Origin: a virus
Lineage: Duplodnaviria > Caudoviricetes
IMG/VR virus record: IMGVR_UViG_3300044712_000264
Span: 1,023-65,022 of that record
Length of the DNA: 64,000 bases
Strand: one strand, 5' to 3'
Shown here: positions 8,681-19,229 of the stretch, piece by piece
How the letters are laid out: the number at the start of each line of letters is the position of its first letter
Numbering within the stretch: the stretch's first letter is position 1
Notes under the pieces: generated by a model
What the model saw: only the letters and a program-made list of their open reading frames with translations
Told to the model about the DNA's origin: nothing
Database searches by the model: none
Made by a program: the position numbers and the translations under genes

Positions 8681-10264
8681 GTGGCACAGGCTCAAGAGAT
8701 TCAGCCCGCACTGCCGACGAACAAGGAGGAGCTTGCCCGTTGCCTGGCTGATCCTGAGTGGCGATTGTTCTCAGGGGCTTTGTACAAAATTATGATTAAA
8801 GGCGATGACGGCGAAGTGGAGGCCGTCATTCCATTTAAGCCAAACCGCGCCCAGCGTCGATTTGTCACTCGACTATGGCACCGCAATATCATACTCAAGG
8901 CCCGCCAGCTTGGATTTACCACTCTGGTATCAATTCTGTGGCTGGATCATGCCCTGTTCAACGCAAACCAGCGGTGCGGCATCATCGCACAGGACAGGGA
9001 CGCAGCAAAGGTCATATTCCGCGACAAAGTTAAGTTCGCGTATCAGAATCTCCCGCCAGAGGTGCGAGACAGGTTCCCGCTGGAGGCCGACAATGCCGAC
9101 GAACTGCTATTTGCCCACAATAATTCCAGTGTTCGCGTTGCGACATCCATGCGCTCGGGCACCATCCACCGGTTGCACATTTCAGAGTTCGGAAAGATTT
9201 GCGCCAAGTACCCGGAGAAAGCCGCCGAGGTCATCACTGGATCAATACCTTCTGTGCCTACGAACGGCATACTGGTCATTGAATCGACCGCAGAGGGACG
9301 CGAAGGCGAGTTCTATGAACTGGTGCAGCGCGCGGAGGGGATGGACGCAAGTAAGGCGCTACTGACACCCAAGGACTACCGCTTCCACTTCTATGCGTGG
9401 TGGCAAGAGCCAAAGTACCGGCTGCCAGCCAACACGGTTCACATCAGCGACAAGGAGCATGAATACTTCGACCTGATCGAAGCCAAGATGCAATGCCGCA
9501 TCGACCCGGACCAGCGCGCCTGGTACATCGCCACCCGAGCATCTGATTTTTCAGGGGCCGAAGAACGGATGTGGCAAGAGTATCCGTCAACGCCCGAGGA
9601 AGCCTTCCAGATCAGCACCGAGGGCAACTACTACGCCAAGGACATGATCGCCGTGCGCAAGCGTGGAGGCGTCACCCGCGTACCTGTGCTCGACCTTCCA
9701 GTGAATACGTTTTGGGACATTGGCAATAGCGACGGATGCGCAGTCTGGTTTCATCAAGAGCTGCGCGGCGAAGACCGCTTCATTGACTATTACGAGGCCC
9801 ACGGAGAGGACTTGCGCCACTACGTCAAAGAGTTGACCGCCAAGGGCTATGTGTTTGGTGCTCACTTCCTACCGCACGACGCCGACCACAAGCGCCTGGG
9901 CGACTACAACAAGAGCACCCGCCAAATGATGATGGAGCTGATGCCAGGTCAAAAGTTCATTGTTGTGCCCCGCATCACAGAGCTAATCACCGGCATCCAG
10001 CAGACCCGAAAGCACCTAAAAGGCATTTTCATTGACGCAGACAGGTGTAAGAAGGGCATCGAGCGCATTGAAGGCTACAAGAAGAAGTTTAGCCGCGCAG
10101 ACAACCGATTCACGGACGATCCAGACAAGGCTAACGGATGCAGCGAAGGTGCAGACGCCTTGCGCCAGTATGCCCAGGCCAAGGAAACCGGCTTGTTGAC
10201 TTATTCCGGCCAAGCATCCAACGAAGAACGCCCACCACCACCACCACCAGCCTGGTATCTATGA
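8681..10264 (+). CDS. terL: Terminase large subunit
   Basis: ILKARQLGFTT Walker A, LHISE Walker B, IESTAEG, WDIG RNase H-like, LPHDA. Confidence 0.93.
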   Translation: MAQAQEIQPALPTNKEELARCLADPEWRLFSGALYKIMIKGDDGEVEAVIPFKPNRAQRRFVTRLWHRNIILKARQLGFTTLVSILWLDHALFNANQRCGIIAQDRDAAKVIFRDKVKFAYQNLPPEVRDRFPLEADNADELLFAHNNSSVRVATSMRSGTIHRLHISEFGKICAKYPEKAAEVITGSIPSVPTNGILVIESTAEGREGEFYELVQRAEGMDASKALLTPKDYRFHFYAWWQEPKYRLPANTVHISDKEHEYFDLIEAKMQCRIDPDQRAWYIATRASDFSGAEERMWQEYPSTPEEAFQISTEGNYYAKDMIAVRKRGGVTRVPVLDLPVNTFWDIGNSDGCAVWFHQELRGEDRFIDYYEAHGEDLRHYVKELTAKGYVFGAHFLPHDADHKRLGDYNKSTRQMMMELMPGQKFIVVPRITELITGIQQTRKHLKGIFIDADRCKKGIERIEGYKKKFSRADNRFTDDPDKANGCSEGADALRQYAQAKETGLLTYSGQASNEERPPPPPPAWYL

Positions 10265-12492
10265 TTAACTCACTCTCCCACGAAACAATCAGCCCGGTAG
10301 ACCAGCCTGCAGACGATGGCGGTCTGTCATTGCGCCAGTTTGAACGCTTCTTCATCGAGATACGCAAACAGCCATCCTGGCGAGCACGAGCAGACAAAGA
10401 AATGGAGTACGTCGATGGCAATCAGCTCAACAGTGAGGTGTTGCAGGCACAGAAAGCCATCGGTATGCCTCCGGCTATCGAGCCGTTGATTGGGCCTGCT
10501 ATCGAGGCGGTACTGGGCCTGGAGGCCAAAACGCGCACTGACTGGCGTATCACTGCCGATGGCACAGATGGTGATGATGTGGCCGACGCGCTCAATGAGA
10601 AGCTGAACCACGCAGAGCGCCAATCCGGTGCCGACCGTGCGTGCTCAGACGCATTCAAGACGCAGGTATGCGTTGGCATTGGTTGGGTGGAGGTTCTGCG
10701 TGAGACTGACCCGTTCAAGCCGTTCCCGTACCGCTGCGAAACCGTGCATCGCAACGAAATCTACTGGGATTTTTTGAGCAAGAAGCCTGATTTGAGCGAT
10801 GCACGCTACCTCGTGCGCCGACGCTGGGTTGATGTGGCGCAGGCCAGATTGATGTTCAAGGAGCATGCCGAACTGATAGACCGTGCATTTGGACGCTGGA
10901 CTGATAAATATGAGCTGGCTACCGATGGCGGAACATCCACCAATATGGGGCGTTCATGGGACGATCAACGCGGATCAAGCATCGAAGAACAGGAATGGAT
11001 GGACTCAGAGAATAACCGCGTCTGTCTGTTCGAGGTCTGGTATCGACGCTGGGCCGATGTCGTCATTCTCAAATCGCCCGATGGCCGCGTGGTTGAGTAC
11101 GACGAAACCAACGATATGCACAACGAGGCTTTGGCCCTTGGTTTTATACAGCCACAGCGAGCCATCATCGCCAAGATGCATGTCTCGTTCTGGATGGGGC
11201 CGCACAAGCTGCACGACGGGCCGACACCGTACCCACATCAGGACTTCCCCTACGCGCCATTCTGGGGCCACAGAGAAGATAGAACCGGCGTGCCTTACGG
11301 CAGCGTGCGCGGCATGGTCTATCTGCAAGATAACGTAAACAGCGCAATATCCAAGATCCGCTGGGGCTTATCAGCCATTCGCACAGAGCGCACTCGCGGC
11401 GCAGTGGTGTACACGGATGAAGTGTTCAGGCAACAGATAGCCCGCCCGGACGCTGACATTGTGCTCAACGCCGAGCACATGGCGCAGCCTGGCGCCAAGT
11501 TCGAGGTATTCAGAGACTTCCAGCTCAACGAACAGCAGTACAAGATGCTCATGGATGCCCGCATGGGTATCGAGCGGGCATCGGGCATCACTGCGTCGTT
11601 TGCTGGCCAGCGCGGCACAGCAAACAGCGGGCTGCAGGAGGCCACCCAGATCGAGCAGGCCACGCAGTCGCTGGCAAGCCTTATGGATAACTTCCGCTAT
11701 GGCCGTACCAAAGTGGGAGAACTGCTGCTGTCGCTCATCATCGAGGATATGGTTGGCAAGCCAGAGACTGTCACGATCCGTGGCAATGCCGTGCTTCCTG
11801 ATCGTGATGTGGCACTCAATCAGCCGACATCGGACGACGAAACTGGCATGCAGTACCTGACAAATGACGTTGCGCGCACGCGGTTGAAGGTGGCATTGAG
11901 CGACGTGCCGAGTACACCCAGCTTCCGCACACAACAACTGGCCGCAATGAGCGAGGCGTTCAAGTCCATGCCTCCGCAGTATCAGGACGTGGCATTGCCG
12001 CATCTGCTGGCCCTGATGGATATTCCGAACAAGCAGGAGATCATCCAGGCCATCCAAGAGGCCAAGTCGCAGCCGTCGCCAGAGCAGGTGCATGCGGAAT
12101 GGGAGCGCGACTACAAAGACCGCGAGCTACTGGCACGCTACAACCCGGACAAACTTGAGGCCGATATAAAGAAAATCACGGCTGAAGCTGTGTCCACTGG
12201 CGTGAAGTCGGCGTTTGGCGCCGTGCAGGCTGGTCAACTCATTGCACAAATGCCACAGATCGCGCCGGTGGCGGACGTGGTGCTCCAGAACGCAGGATGG
12301 ACGCCACCAAATCCATCCGGGCAAGACCCCAACCTGCCGCAGCCAAACATTGCTGTGCCACCTGGCCCTGTAAACCCAGGCGATACATCGCCGCAGACAC
12401 CAACGGACCCGACATCGCCGCAAGGGAGCGCAGTCGTGGGTGAAAACGCAGGTATCAACACAATGCGAGAAGATTCGCAGAGTTTGCAGTAA
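10261..12492 (+). CDS. Portal protein (P22-like podovirus type)
   Basis: Follows terL with ATGA overlap; YVDGNQL, GIGWVEV, DLSDARY, PYGSVRGM..QD motifs. Confidence 0.85.
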   Translation: MINSLSHETISPVDQPADDGGLSLRQFERFFIEIRKQPSWRARADKEMEYVDGNQLNSEVLQAQKAIGMPPAIEPLIGPAIEAVLGLEAKTRTDWRITADGTDGDDVADALNEKLNHAERQSGADRACSDAFKTQVCVGIGWVEVLRETDPFKPFPYRCETVHRNEIYWDFLSKKPDLSDARYLVRRRWVDVAQARLMFKEHAELIDRAFGRWTDKYELATDGGTSTNMGRSWDDQRGSSIEEQEWMDSENNRVCLFEVWYRRWADVVILKSPDGRVVEYDETNDMHNEALALGFIQPQRAIIAKMHVSFWMGPHKLHDGPTPYPHQDFPYAPFWGHREDRTGVPYGSVRGMVYLQDNVNSAISKIRWGLSAIRTERTRGAVVYTDEVFRQQIARPDADIVLNAEHMAQPGAKFEVFRDFQLNEQQYKMLMDARMGIERASGITASFAGQRGTANSGLQEATQIEQATQSLASLMDNFRYGRTKVGELLLSLIIEDMVGKPETVTIRGNAVLPDRDVALNQPTSDDETGMQYLTNDVARTRLKVALSDVPSTPSFRTQQLAAMSEAFKSMPPQYQDVALPHLLALMDIPNKQEIIQAIQEAKSQPSPEQVHAEWERDYKDRELLARYNPDKLEADIKKITAEAVSTGVKSAFGAVQAGQLIAQMPQIAPVADVVLQNAGWTPPNPSGQDPNLPQPNIAVPPGPVNPGDTSPQTPTDPTSPQGSAVVGENAGINTMREDSQSLQ

Positions 12493-12512
12493 TGCCGGGT
12501 AGAAACTATCGT
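12478..12512 (+). promoter_or_regulatory. Late promoter 2
   Basis: CAGAGT-TTGCAG-17-TATCGT. Confidence 0.6.
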
Positions 12513-12540
12513 TTGGGCCTTATTTCACAAAGGTCAAACC

Positions 12541-13458
12541 ATGTTTTTCTCGAACAATTTGCGCAGTCTGACTGTAGTCTCCAACGCCACAGCCACGACA
12601 ACCGAACCCAGCTACTCTGCCTCATATGTCGATACGGTTGAAAGTGGTGTTAAAAACTATGCAGACAGCGTTGGCGCGCTAACAGGCGCCACCGCAGTAA
12701 CAGTAGTCGATGCACTGCCAACTGGCACTGTTTCACGTGAAATCAGGGATGTTGTGGTTCTCAACCGCGACACGGTATCGCACACCATTACGGTATCGAA
12801 AAAGAACAGCGGCACCAATTACACCGTGTTCAAAGCCACACTGGGTACGCTTGAGTCGGCAGTCTATGACGGCTTCAAGTGGTCCGTGTACACATCCTCT
12901 GGTGAACTGAAGGTGTCCACGCTTGGAGCGGCATCGTCCACCGCAGGCGTCAAGAACGGTGCAACAGTTACCGCCACCGAAGCTGGAACTGGTGTCGTGC
13001 ATCAGACCACGCTCACACTGGCAGCAACGCCCATCACTATGCGCAACACCGAACAGGGCGGCGGCGTGAAAATTTACGACTTCCCCGAAGGCCGCATCTT
13101 GGTACTTGGCGCAACCGCATCCATCGCTGTGACGACAACATCAGTCCTGGCTGACACGCTCAACGCAGGCGTGACATGTAATTACGGCATCGGAACAGTG
13201 ACTCAGAGCAACGCCACCGTTGCCACAACTGAGCAAGACATTGTGCAGGTAACTGCGTTCACATCCAGCGCGACGGTTGACGTTGCAGGAGCAGTCGCCA
13301 AAGGTGTAGGCGTATTGGCACCATTCGACGGCACCACAACGCCCGTCGATGCATACCTGAATCTGGCCGTGGCCGGTGCAACAGACATTGACGCTGATGC
13401 AACCGTAACTGTGTCGGGCACCGTCAATATCACATGGATCAACCTGGGCGATTATTGA
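12541..13458 (+). CDS. Virion structural protein (head decoration/fibre-like)
   Basis: Thr/Val/Ala-rich beta-type composition; between portal and scaffold. Confidence 0.55.
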   Translation: MFFSNNLRSLTVVSNATATTTEPSYSASYVDTVESGVKNYADSVGALTGATAVTVVDALPTGTVSREIRDVVVLNRDTVSHTITVSKKNSGTNYTVFKATLGTLESAVYDGFKWSVYTSSGELKVSTLGAASSTAGVKNGATVTATEAGTGVVHQTTLTLAATPITMRNTEQGGGVKIYDFPEGRILVLGATASIAVTTTSVLADTLNAGVTCNYGIGTVTQSNATVATTEQDIVQVTAFTSSATVDVAGAVAKGVGVLAPFDGTTTPVDAYLNLAVAGATDIDADATVTVSGTVNITWINLGDY

Positions 13459-13469
13459 TCCTCAATTTG

Positions 13470-13504
13470 CAGAGTTTGATATTTCTTTGACATAGCTTGA
13501 AACT
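13470..13504 (+). promoter_or_regulatory. Late promoter 3 (scaffold/capsid)
   Basis: CAGAGT-TTGATA-17-GAAACT. Confidence 0.6.
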
Positions 13505-13644
13505 TGTGCTTGCATCCTCGTGAGAGGTCGCAATAGAGCAACGCCGGGATGGCGTGGCATTCCTTTAAATGGAGAGTGACGGGGACGTATGTGCCCCCTA
13601 GCTCGTCCCTCTAGCGGGCACTGCGATAAGTGCCGGGACAAAAG

Positions 13645-14670
13645 ATGAATCAAGCCGAGTATTTCGAGGCAAATCAGGTGGATGGTCAACTGACCGATGC
13701 GCAAGCCATGCAGATGCTGGTATTGCAAGAGGGTGATAGCGGTACTGCACAAACGCAGCAGCCGCAAAGCAGCGATTCGCCCGGCGCTGCAACCGAGTCA
13801 GAAACCGAAGCCAAAAGCGAAGTTGTTGAAAGCGCAGACAGTTCTACTCCAGAACCTGAGCCGACGCCGGTTGTGCTAGCGAAAGATGGTGTTCACACCA
13901 TCCCGTATGAGCAACTGGAGGAGGCCCGCAAGGCCGCGCAGCATTACAAGCAGCAGGTAGATGCCTACCAGCGAAAGCTGGAGGAAGCGCAGTCACAAGC
14001 TGCGCAACGTCAGACACCTGCTGACCCCAATGCAACGCAGGCCACAGGCTGGATCAGCCCTGATGAGATTGCTAACGCATTTGGAGACTTCTCAGAAGCT
14101 GGCATCGCCAAGGGTGTTGCATCCCTGGTTGATAAGCGCACGCAAGCAATGTTGGCCGACGTAGAGGCGCGAGCCGAAGCGAAAGCCACAGAGCGTGTGC
14201 GTGCTGAACTTGCAGCGCGGGACTTTGAATTGCAGAAGTTGTCGCATTTCGATGCGATAAACAAAGCACATCCAGATGCCGAATCCATTGCGCAAAGCGT
14301 AGAGCTTGATGGATGGATCAAGCAACAGCCTTCGTATGCGCAAGCAGGCATTGCCCAGGCGTTACAGCATGGCACTGCCGCGCAGGTCATCGAGGCGCTG
14401 GACGCATTCAAAGCCGCAACAACTCCGCAAAAACCCGCAGCGGTTACGCCGCCACCTGTTGACAAACAGGCGACGGTGGCCGCTGCAAAGGCAGTAATTG
14501 CCAAAGCCAAAGCTACTCCGCCCATGAGCCTGTCTGCAATGCCAGCAGGCTCAAGCGCCGCAGTAGACGAAGCCAACGCAATGCTGGAAATGTCGGATAG
14601 GGATTTGATGACCAAGTTCGGGAACAAATCCCCGGACCAGATCATGGCCCTCATGAGTCGGGTTCTTTGA
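13645..14670 (+). CDS. Capsid scaffolding protein
   Basis: Acidic/coiled-coil, AKDGVHTIPYEQL, AHPDAESI; precedes major capsid. Confidence 0.75.
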   Translation: MNQAEYFEANQVDGQLTDAQAMQMLVLQEGDSGTAQTQQPQSSDSPGAATESETEAKSEVVESADSSTPEPEPTPVVLAKDGVHTIPYEQLEEARKAAQHYKQQVDAYQRKLEEAQSQAAQRQTPADPNATQATGWISPDEIANAFGDFSEAGIAKGVASLVDKRTQAMLADVEARAEAKATERVRAELAARDFELQKLSHFDAINKAHPDAESIAQSVELDGWIKQQPSYAQAGIAQALQHGTAAQVIEALDAFKAATTPQKPAAVTPPPVDKQATVAAAKAVIAKAKATPPMSLSAMPAGSSAAVDEANAMLEMSDRDLMTKFGNKSPDQIMALMSRVL

Positions 14671-14728
14671 ACCATTTTTGATTTGGCATCGCTGTGAAGC
14701 GTAGCCGGTCCCACCGCTGGAGATTTTT

Positions 14729-16009
14729 ATGGCAACCAATATTCCGTATGGATCAGCCCTTGCAATCAAGTTGCAGAGTGCTGGTCTTTTTGCTGCAAAC
14801 ATGCAGCGCAACACGACGCTCAACCGTCTCACAGGCAAGTTTCCACAGCAAGCCGACGCAGAGAGCACGATCCGCAGCCAGTCCAGCAACGAGATGCCCA
14901 TCGTTCGCTGCATGGACTTGCAAAAAACTGCGGGTGACGAGATCACGTTTGACCTGATTAACCCCATGGGTGGCAAGCCCATCATGGGTTCTCGCATGGC
15001 CGAGGGCTTGGGACGCAGCATGTCCTTCAGCCAAGACCGTCTGCGCATCAACCAGGCGCGTTACCCCATCTCTGCTGGCGACACCATGACGCAGCAACGT
15101 ACACCGCATGAGCTGCGCAAGCTGGCACGTGCGTTGGGAGAAAACTACATGAACCGCTTGAGCGATCAGTTGATTCTGACGCATTTGGCCGGTGCGCGTG
15201 GTTTCCACAACAACATCGAGTGGGCATTGCCGCCGGCGTCCGATCCTGATTTTGCTGAAATTGCTGTGAACCCGGTCAAGGCTCCTACCAAGAACCGCCA
15301 CTTCATCAGCACTGGGAGCGGCATTGAAACAGTCAAAGCATCCGGTAACGAAATCACCATCGCTACAACCGATGTCATGAATTCTGACCTGATTGATGCC
15401 CTGCGCACCACGCTTGATGGCATGGCAGTTCCTCCCCCTCCTGTGATTTTCGAGGGTGACAAGATGGCTAGCGACTCACCGTTGCGCGTGTTGCTGGTAT
15501 CGAGTGAGCAATACACCTCCATTCTGCAATCTAACTCCGGCTCCTTCCGCACGTTTCAGGCAAACGCCATGGCACGCTCGCAGCAAGCCGGGCAGAACCC
15601 GCTCTTCATGGGTGAGGCTGGACTGTGGAATGGTATTTTGATCGTCAAGATGCCCAAGCCAATTCGCTTCTACGCTGGCGACTCTCTGCGTTGGTGCGCA
15701 AGCTACACCAGCGAGACGGAGACCACTACGGACTTGATCCCTGCCGGTTTCAGCACTACTCACGCAGTGGATCGCGCTATTCTGCTGGGTGGACAAGCAC
15801 TGGCCGAGGCATGGGGCAAGCACACCAAGTCGGGTTTCCCGTTCTTCTTCTCCGAGAAGGAGTTGGACCACGGCGACAAGCTGGAATTGCTGCTGGGTGC
15901 CATAAATGGCCGCTCGAAGATTCGCTTCGAGATTGACCATGGTGATACCAAGCAGTTCACCGACTACGGCGTGATTGCGATTGATACCGCTGTCAAGCTG
16001 CCCGCCTAA
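14729..16009 (+). CDS. Major capsid protein (N4-gp56-like family)
   Basis: DLQKTAGDEITFDL, NPLFMGEAGLWNGILI, RAILLGGQAL, DYGVIAIDTA; GGAG SD. Confidence 0.88.
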   Translation: MATNIPYGSALAIKLQSAGLFAANMQRNTTLNRLTGKFPQQADAESTIRSQSSNEMPIVRCMDLQKTAGDEITFDLINPMGGKPIMGSRMAEGLGRSMSFSQDRLRINQARYPISAGDTMTQQRTPHELRKLARALGENYMNRLSDQLILTHLAGARGFHNNIEWALPPASDPDFAEIAVNPVKAPTKNRHFISTGSGIETVKASGNEITIATTDVMNSDLIDALRTTLDGMAVPPPPVIFEGDKMASDSPLRVLLVSSEQYTSILQSNSGSFRTFQANAMARSQQAGQNPLFMGEAGLWNGILIVKMPKPIRFYAGDSLRWCASYTSETETTTDLIPAGFSTTHAVDRAILLGGQALAEAWGKHTKSGFPFFFSEKELDHGDKLELLLGAINGRSKIRFEIDHGDTKQFTDYGVIAIDTAVKLPA

Positions 16010-16030
16010 CCCTTAACGGAGGATAACAAA

Positions 16031-16516
16031 ATGGCAACTACCTTTACCCGCAAGCAGCTGGCATCACAGCAGCAATTCGGCGGCACGCCTTACGGCAATC
16101 TGTCTGTTTTGCAATTCAACGTCACTACAAACTCTAGTGGCGTGTGGACAAACGGCGACGGTGCAGCCGCCCCCACGGCAGCTGATGAACTGCTGATTGG
16201 CATCCTGCCCGCAGGATTCCAGTTGCAGGATGCGCTGATGATTGTGTCCAACGCATTCACAGCAGCCACAGCCGCCAAGGTGGGATTCCGCTATGTCGAT
16301 GGTGTTGACGTGACGGCAGTACCGCAGGATGCCGACTACTTCACAGCATCTTTGGTGCTGAATGCAGTAGGCCGCTATCGCGCTGACAACACCGCTGTGG
16401 CACCTGTAACGCTGCCGAAAGCTGCGTACCTTGTGCTTGACTGGGATACCGCCACCAACGACTCCGTGGGCGTGCTGGATGTTCTGGTGTATGGCGTTCT
16501 GACTGGCGCTCCCTAA
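16031..16516 (+). CDS. Minor capsid/decoration protein
   Basis: Follows MCP with GGAGG SD; beta-rich. Confidence 0.6.
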   Translation: MATTFTRKQLASQQQFGGTPYGNLSVLQFNVTTNSSGVWTNGDGAAAPTAADELLIGILPAGFQLQDALMIVSNAFTAATAAKVGFRYVDGVDVTAVPQDADYFTASLVLNAVGRYRADNTAVAPVTLPKAAYLVLDWDTATNDSVGVLDVLVYGVLTGAP

Positions 16517-16535
16517 GCGCAAGGGGGACACAGCA

Positions 16536-16904
16536 ATGGATCACGTATCAGTCAAGTACATCGGCAAGCGTGCGCAGTATGTTGATGGCGCTTTTGGGAC
16601 TCGCATTCTGTTCAATCAGGGTGAGTCCCGCTTAGTCCCAGCAGACAAAGCACGTCTGATGCTCAAGCACCCGGACGTTTACGTCCTAGGCGTAGCTGAT
16701 GCGCCCATTGCTGTTGTCCCAGCTACCAAAACGGAGGCCGATGACACGCAAGATTTGCGCGATGCGGTTTCCGCTATGAGCGACAAAGACTCGCTCTCAG
16801 ATTTTGCTCAAATGAAGTACGGCATCAAGCTGGACAAGCGTAAGAGCATTGATGACCTTCGCTTTCAGGCCATCGGCTTGATCGACCAGTACGGCGCGAA
16901 CTAG
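16536..16904 (+). CDS. Head-associated hypothetical protein
   Basis: SD, position in head operon. Confidence 0.6.
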   Translation: MDHVSVKYIGKRAQYVDGAFGTRILFNQGESRLVPADKARLMLKHPDVYVLGVADAPIAVVPATKTEADDTQDLRDAVSAMSDKDSLSDFAQMKYGIKLDKRKSIDDLRFQAIGLIDQYGAN

Positions 16905-16913
16905 GCCAGTGCC

Positions 16914-17576
16914 ATGACGCAAGAAGAGCTGATTGCAATTTTCAGGCGTGACACGGATGACCTTGTCGCGCCATATCTCTCGTCTGATGCGTCAATCATT
17001 CAGTGGCTGGCAGAGGCAGAGCAAGAGGCTGCAATCCGGGCGCGGTTAATCCATGACGTATCCACCGCTGCCGTGTGTCGGATCAACGTCATTTCTCCAA
17101 CATCAACATACAACCTGCACCCGGCAATTATTGAAATGTCCAGGGCAGCATTTACGCCTGCTGGTTCTACGACTGAGACAGAGCTATATCTCACAGACAC
17201 CGTAGAGCAAGACAGGATGTTTCCTGGTTGGCGCACGACGATAGACACGCCACGGCAGGCCATCCAGACAGACACGCAATTGCGCCTGTGCTGCATACCT
17301 GGCAATGATGGCGTTATCGCGCTTGAGGCATACCGGCTTCCGCTGTCAGATCCTGATGATTCGTGGGAGCCTGAGATTGCCGCTATCCATCATCGGCATC
17401 TAGTCCTATGGGCGCTTTACCGCTGCTACAGCAGACCAGACGAAGAGCTGTTTAACCAAAAGAAGTCGGACGTTGCGTTACTGGATTTCACCCGCGTGTT
17501 TGGCCTTCGACCAGAAACCAATATGCGGCGTGACTCCCAGGCGAATAGGCCGCTTTTCAATAAGGCGGTGTGGTAG
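16914..17576 (+). CDS. Head-tail adaptor
   Basis: ELIAIFRRDTDD..PYL..WLAEAEQEA..RA; PEI..HHRHLVLWALYR. Confidence 0.65.
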   Translation: MTQEELIAIFRRDTDDLVAPYLSSDASIIQWLAEAEQEAAIRARLIHDVSTAAVCRINVISPTSTYNLHPAIIEMSRAAFTPAGSTTETELYLTDTVEQDRMFPGWRTTIDTPRQAIQTDTQLRLCCIPGNDGVIALEAYRLPLSDPDDSWEPEIAAIHHRHLVLWALYRCYSRPDEELFNQKKSDVALLDFTRVFGLRPETNMRRDSQANRPLFNKAVW

Positions 17577-17852
17577 ATGAGCAGCCCCTTCAAAAAAGAC
17601 CCCGACGCTGTCCTCGACTACACATTCAACTGGGGTTCCTGGCTGACTGATGCCGAGGATGTCATCGACACAGTCGAGTGGATCCCTGACGAAGGGTTGA
17701 CGGTAGCCAACTCCACATACACCTCAACGACCGCCACTGCGTTCGTCTCGGGTGGGGCTGTCGGGGACACGCTCAAGCTCACATGCCGCATCACAACGCT
17801 GGGAGGTCGCACTGATGACCGGACCATCACCCTCAAGATCGTTGACCGTTAA
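17577..17852 (+). CDS. Fibre-tail adaptor-like protein
   Basis: KDPDAVLDYTFNW..WL..VSGG..CRITT.GGRTDDRT. Confidence 0.6.
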   Translation: MSSPFKKDPDAVLDYTFNWGSWLTDAEDVIDTVEWIPDEGLTVANSTYTSTTATAFVSGGAVGDTLKLTCRITTLGGRTDDRTITLKIVDR

Positions 17853-17863
17853 AGGAACCGCAA

Positions 17864-18328
17864 ATGGCCCTCACAACTTGCATATCCCCCGCCTTCAAAG
17901 CTGCGCTGCTGGCAATGACACCACATACCGCGTCAGATACCTACAAATTCGTACTCATTAAGTCTGGGCACGCCGGTACATATGACACCACACTGACCGC
18001 AGGCGGCACGCCGGGCACAGGCACGCCCAGCACGTCGAATATCGGCACGGACGAGATTACGCCATCCGGGTCTTATTCGTCCGGGGGGATCACGATGACT
18101 GGATTCAGCGCCTCCCTACAGGGTGCTACGGGGTGCCTCGACTTCACCATCCCTGATGTGACCTCCGCGACCATCAGCGCAGTGGGCGGCGTGATTGTCA
18201 ACTCCAGCCGCAGTAACGCGGTGGTGGCGATCATGGACTTCGGCGGGACAGTCACCAGCACCAACGGCACGTTCTCATGCGTGGAGCCTGCCGTCGGTGC
18301 TACCACGTCGATGATCCGTTTCGCGTGA
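17864..18328 (+). CDS. Tail structural protein (paralog of 21965-22393)
   Basis: YSSGG...TISA...DFGGTVTST pattern shared with the downstream ORF. Confidence 0.6.
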   Translation: MALTTCISPAFKAALLAMTPHTASDTYKFVLIKSGHAGTYDTTLTAGGTPGTGTPSTSNIGTDEITPSGSYSSGGITMTGFSASLQGATGCLDFTIPDVTSATISAVGGVIVNSSRSNAVVAIMDFGGTVTSTNGTFSCVEPAVGATTSMIRFA

Positions 18329-18335
18329 TGGTGCG

Positions 18336-19229
18336 ATGGCAGCACTTTCTGGCACAGTTAAGGACAGCAACAATGCGAACGCCGCACGGCTAGTGCGCGT
18401 CTATCGGCGCGATTCTGGCTCGCATGTCGGCACAGTGGTATCTGACGGCACCACTGGCGCGTGGAGCGTAACGACGGCGGATACGACGGAGCACTTCGCC
18501 ATCGTGCATGACGGGACTGTAGACGACGCCAACGTGCTCGCCGTCTCCTTGTTGCTGCACGGGGACGGGGCGAATAACTCAACGGTGTTTACTGACATTA
18601 GCAAAGGGAAAGTGCTCACCCCCTACGGCGGTGCAAAGATAAGCACAACGCAGAGTAAGTTCGGCGGGTCCAGCATGTATTTTGACGGGGCTGGTGACTA
18701 CATAGGAGCGCCATCTGCCTCGGACCTCATATTCGGCTCAGGAGCCTTCACAGTAGAGTTATTTTTTTACAGGGCGGGGGCCGGGGATCAGTCGTACATG
18801 GAAACGCTTATTGATTTCCGCGCTTCCGACACCAACTCAACCGCATTTAGTGTGGGCACAAAAAGCACAGGGGATGTGGGTACATACGGCTACCCGACAG
18901 GGAGCTCGTGGACTGCGCGGGGGACATTCACGGCGAACGCCTGGAACCATATTGCGGTCGTATCCACAGGATCGACAGGCTATTTCTTCCTGAACGGCGT
19001 GCAGCAGTGGACAGGCTCTATGGGCTCCACTAACTACACCGAAGGCACCTTGAAAATAGGCGCAGCGGTATCGACAACCTATACGTTCAATGGCTACGTC
19101 GACGAGGTTCGGGTAACCAAAGGTGTGGCGCGGTATACAGCGGACTTTACACCCCCCAATGCGGCGTTCTCCTTTGTATCCGGCGGCACCAGTAACGCCA
19201 TCATCTACGACAGGCTGGTGCCAGTATGA
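18336..19229 (+). CDS. LamG/ConA-like domain tail protein
   Basis: VSLLLHGDG, KFGGSSMYFDG, FTVE, WNHIAVV, GYVDEVRVTKGVARY. Confidence 0.8.
   Translation: MAALSGTVKDSNNANAARLVRVYRRDSGSHVGTVVSDGTTGAWSVTTADTTEHFAIVHDGTVDDANVLAVSLLLHGDGANNSTVFTDISKGKVLTPYGGAKISTTQSKFGGSSMYFDGAGDYIGAPSASDLIFGSGAFTVELFFYRAGAGDQSYMETLIDFRASDTNSTAFSVGTKSTGDVGTYGYPTGSSWTARGTFTANAWNHIAVVSTGSTGYFFLNGVQQWTGSMGSTNYTEGTLKIGAAVSTTYTFNGYVDEVRVTKGVARYTADFTPPNAAFSFVSGGTSNAIIYDRLVPV

Noticed and set aside
10138-10260. N-terminal extension of the portal
   Set aside because: Overlaps terL; the ATGA-coupled start at 10261 is more plausible
4074-10264. Inteins or introns in dnaB or terL
   Set aside because: Both ORFs are of normal length with contiguous motifs
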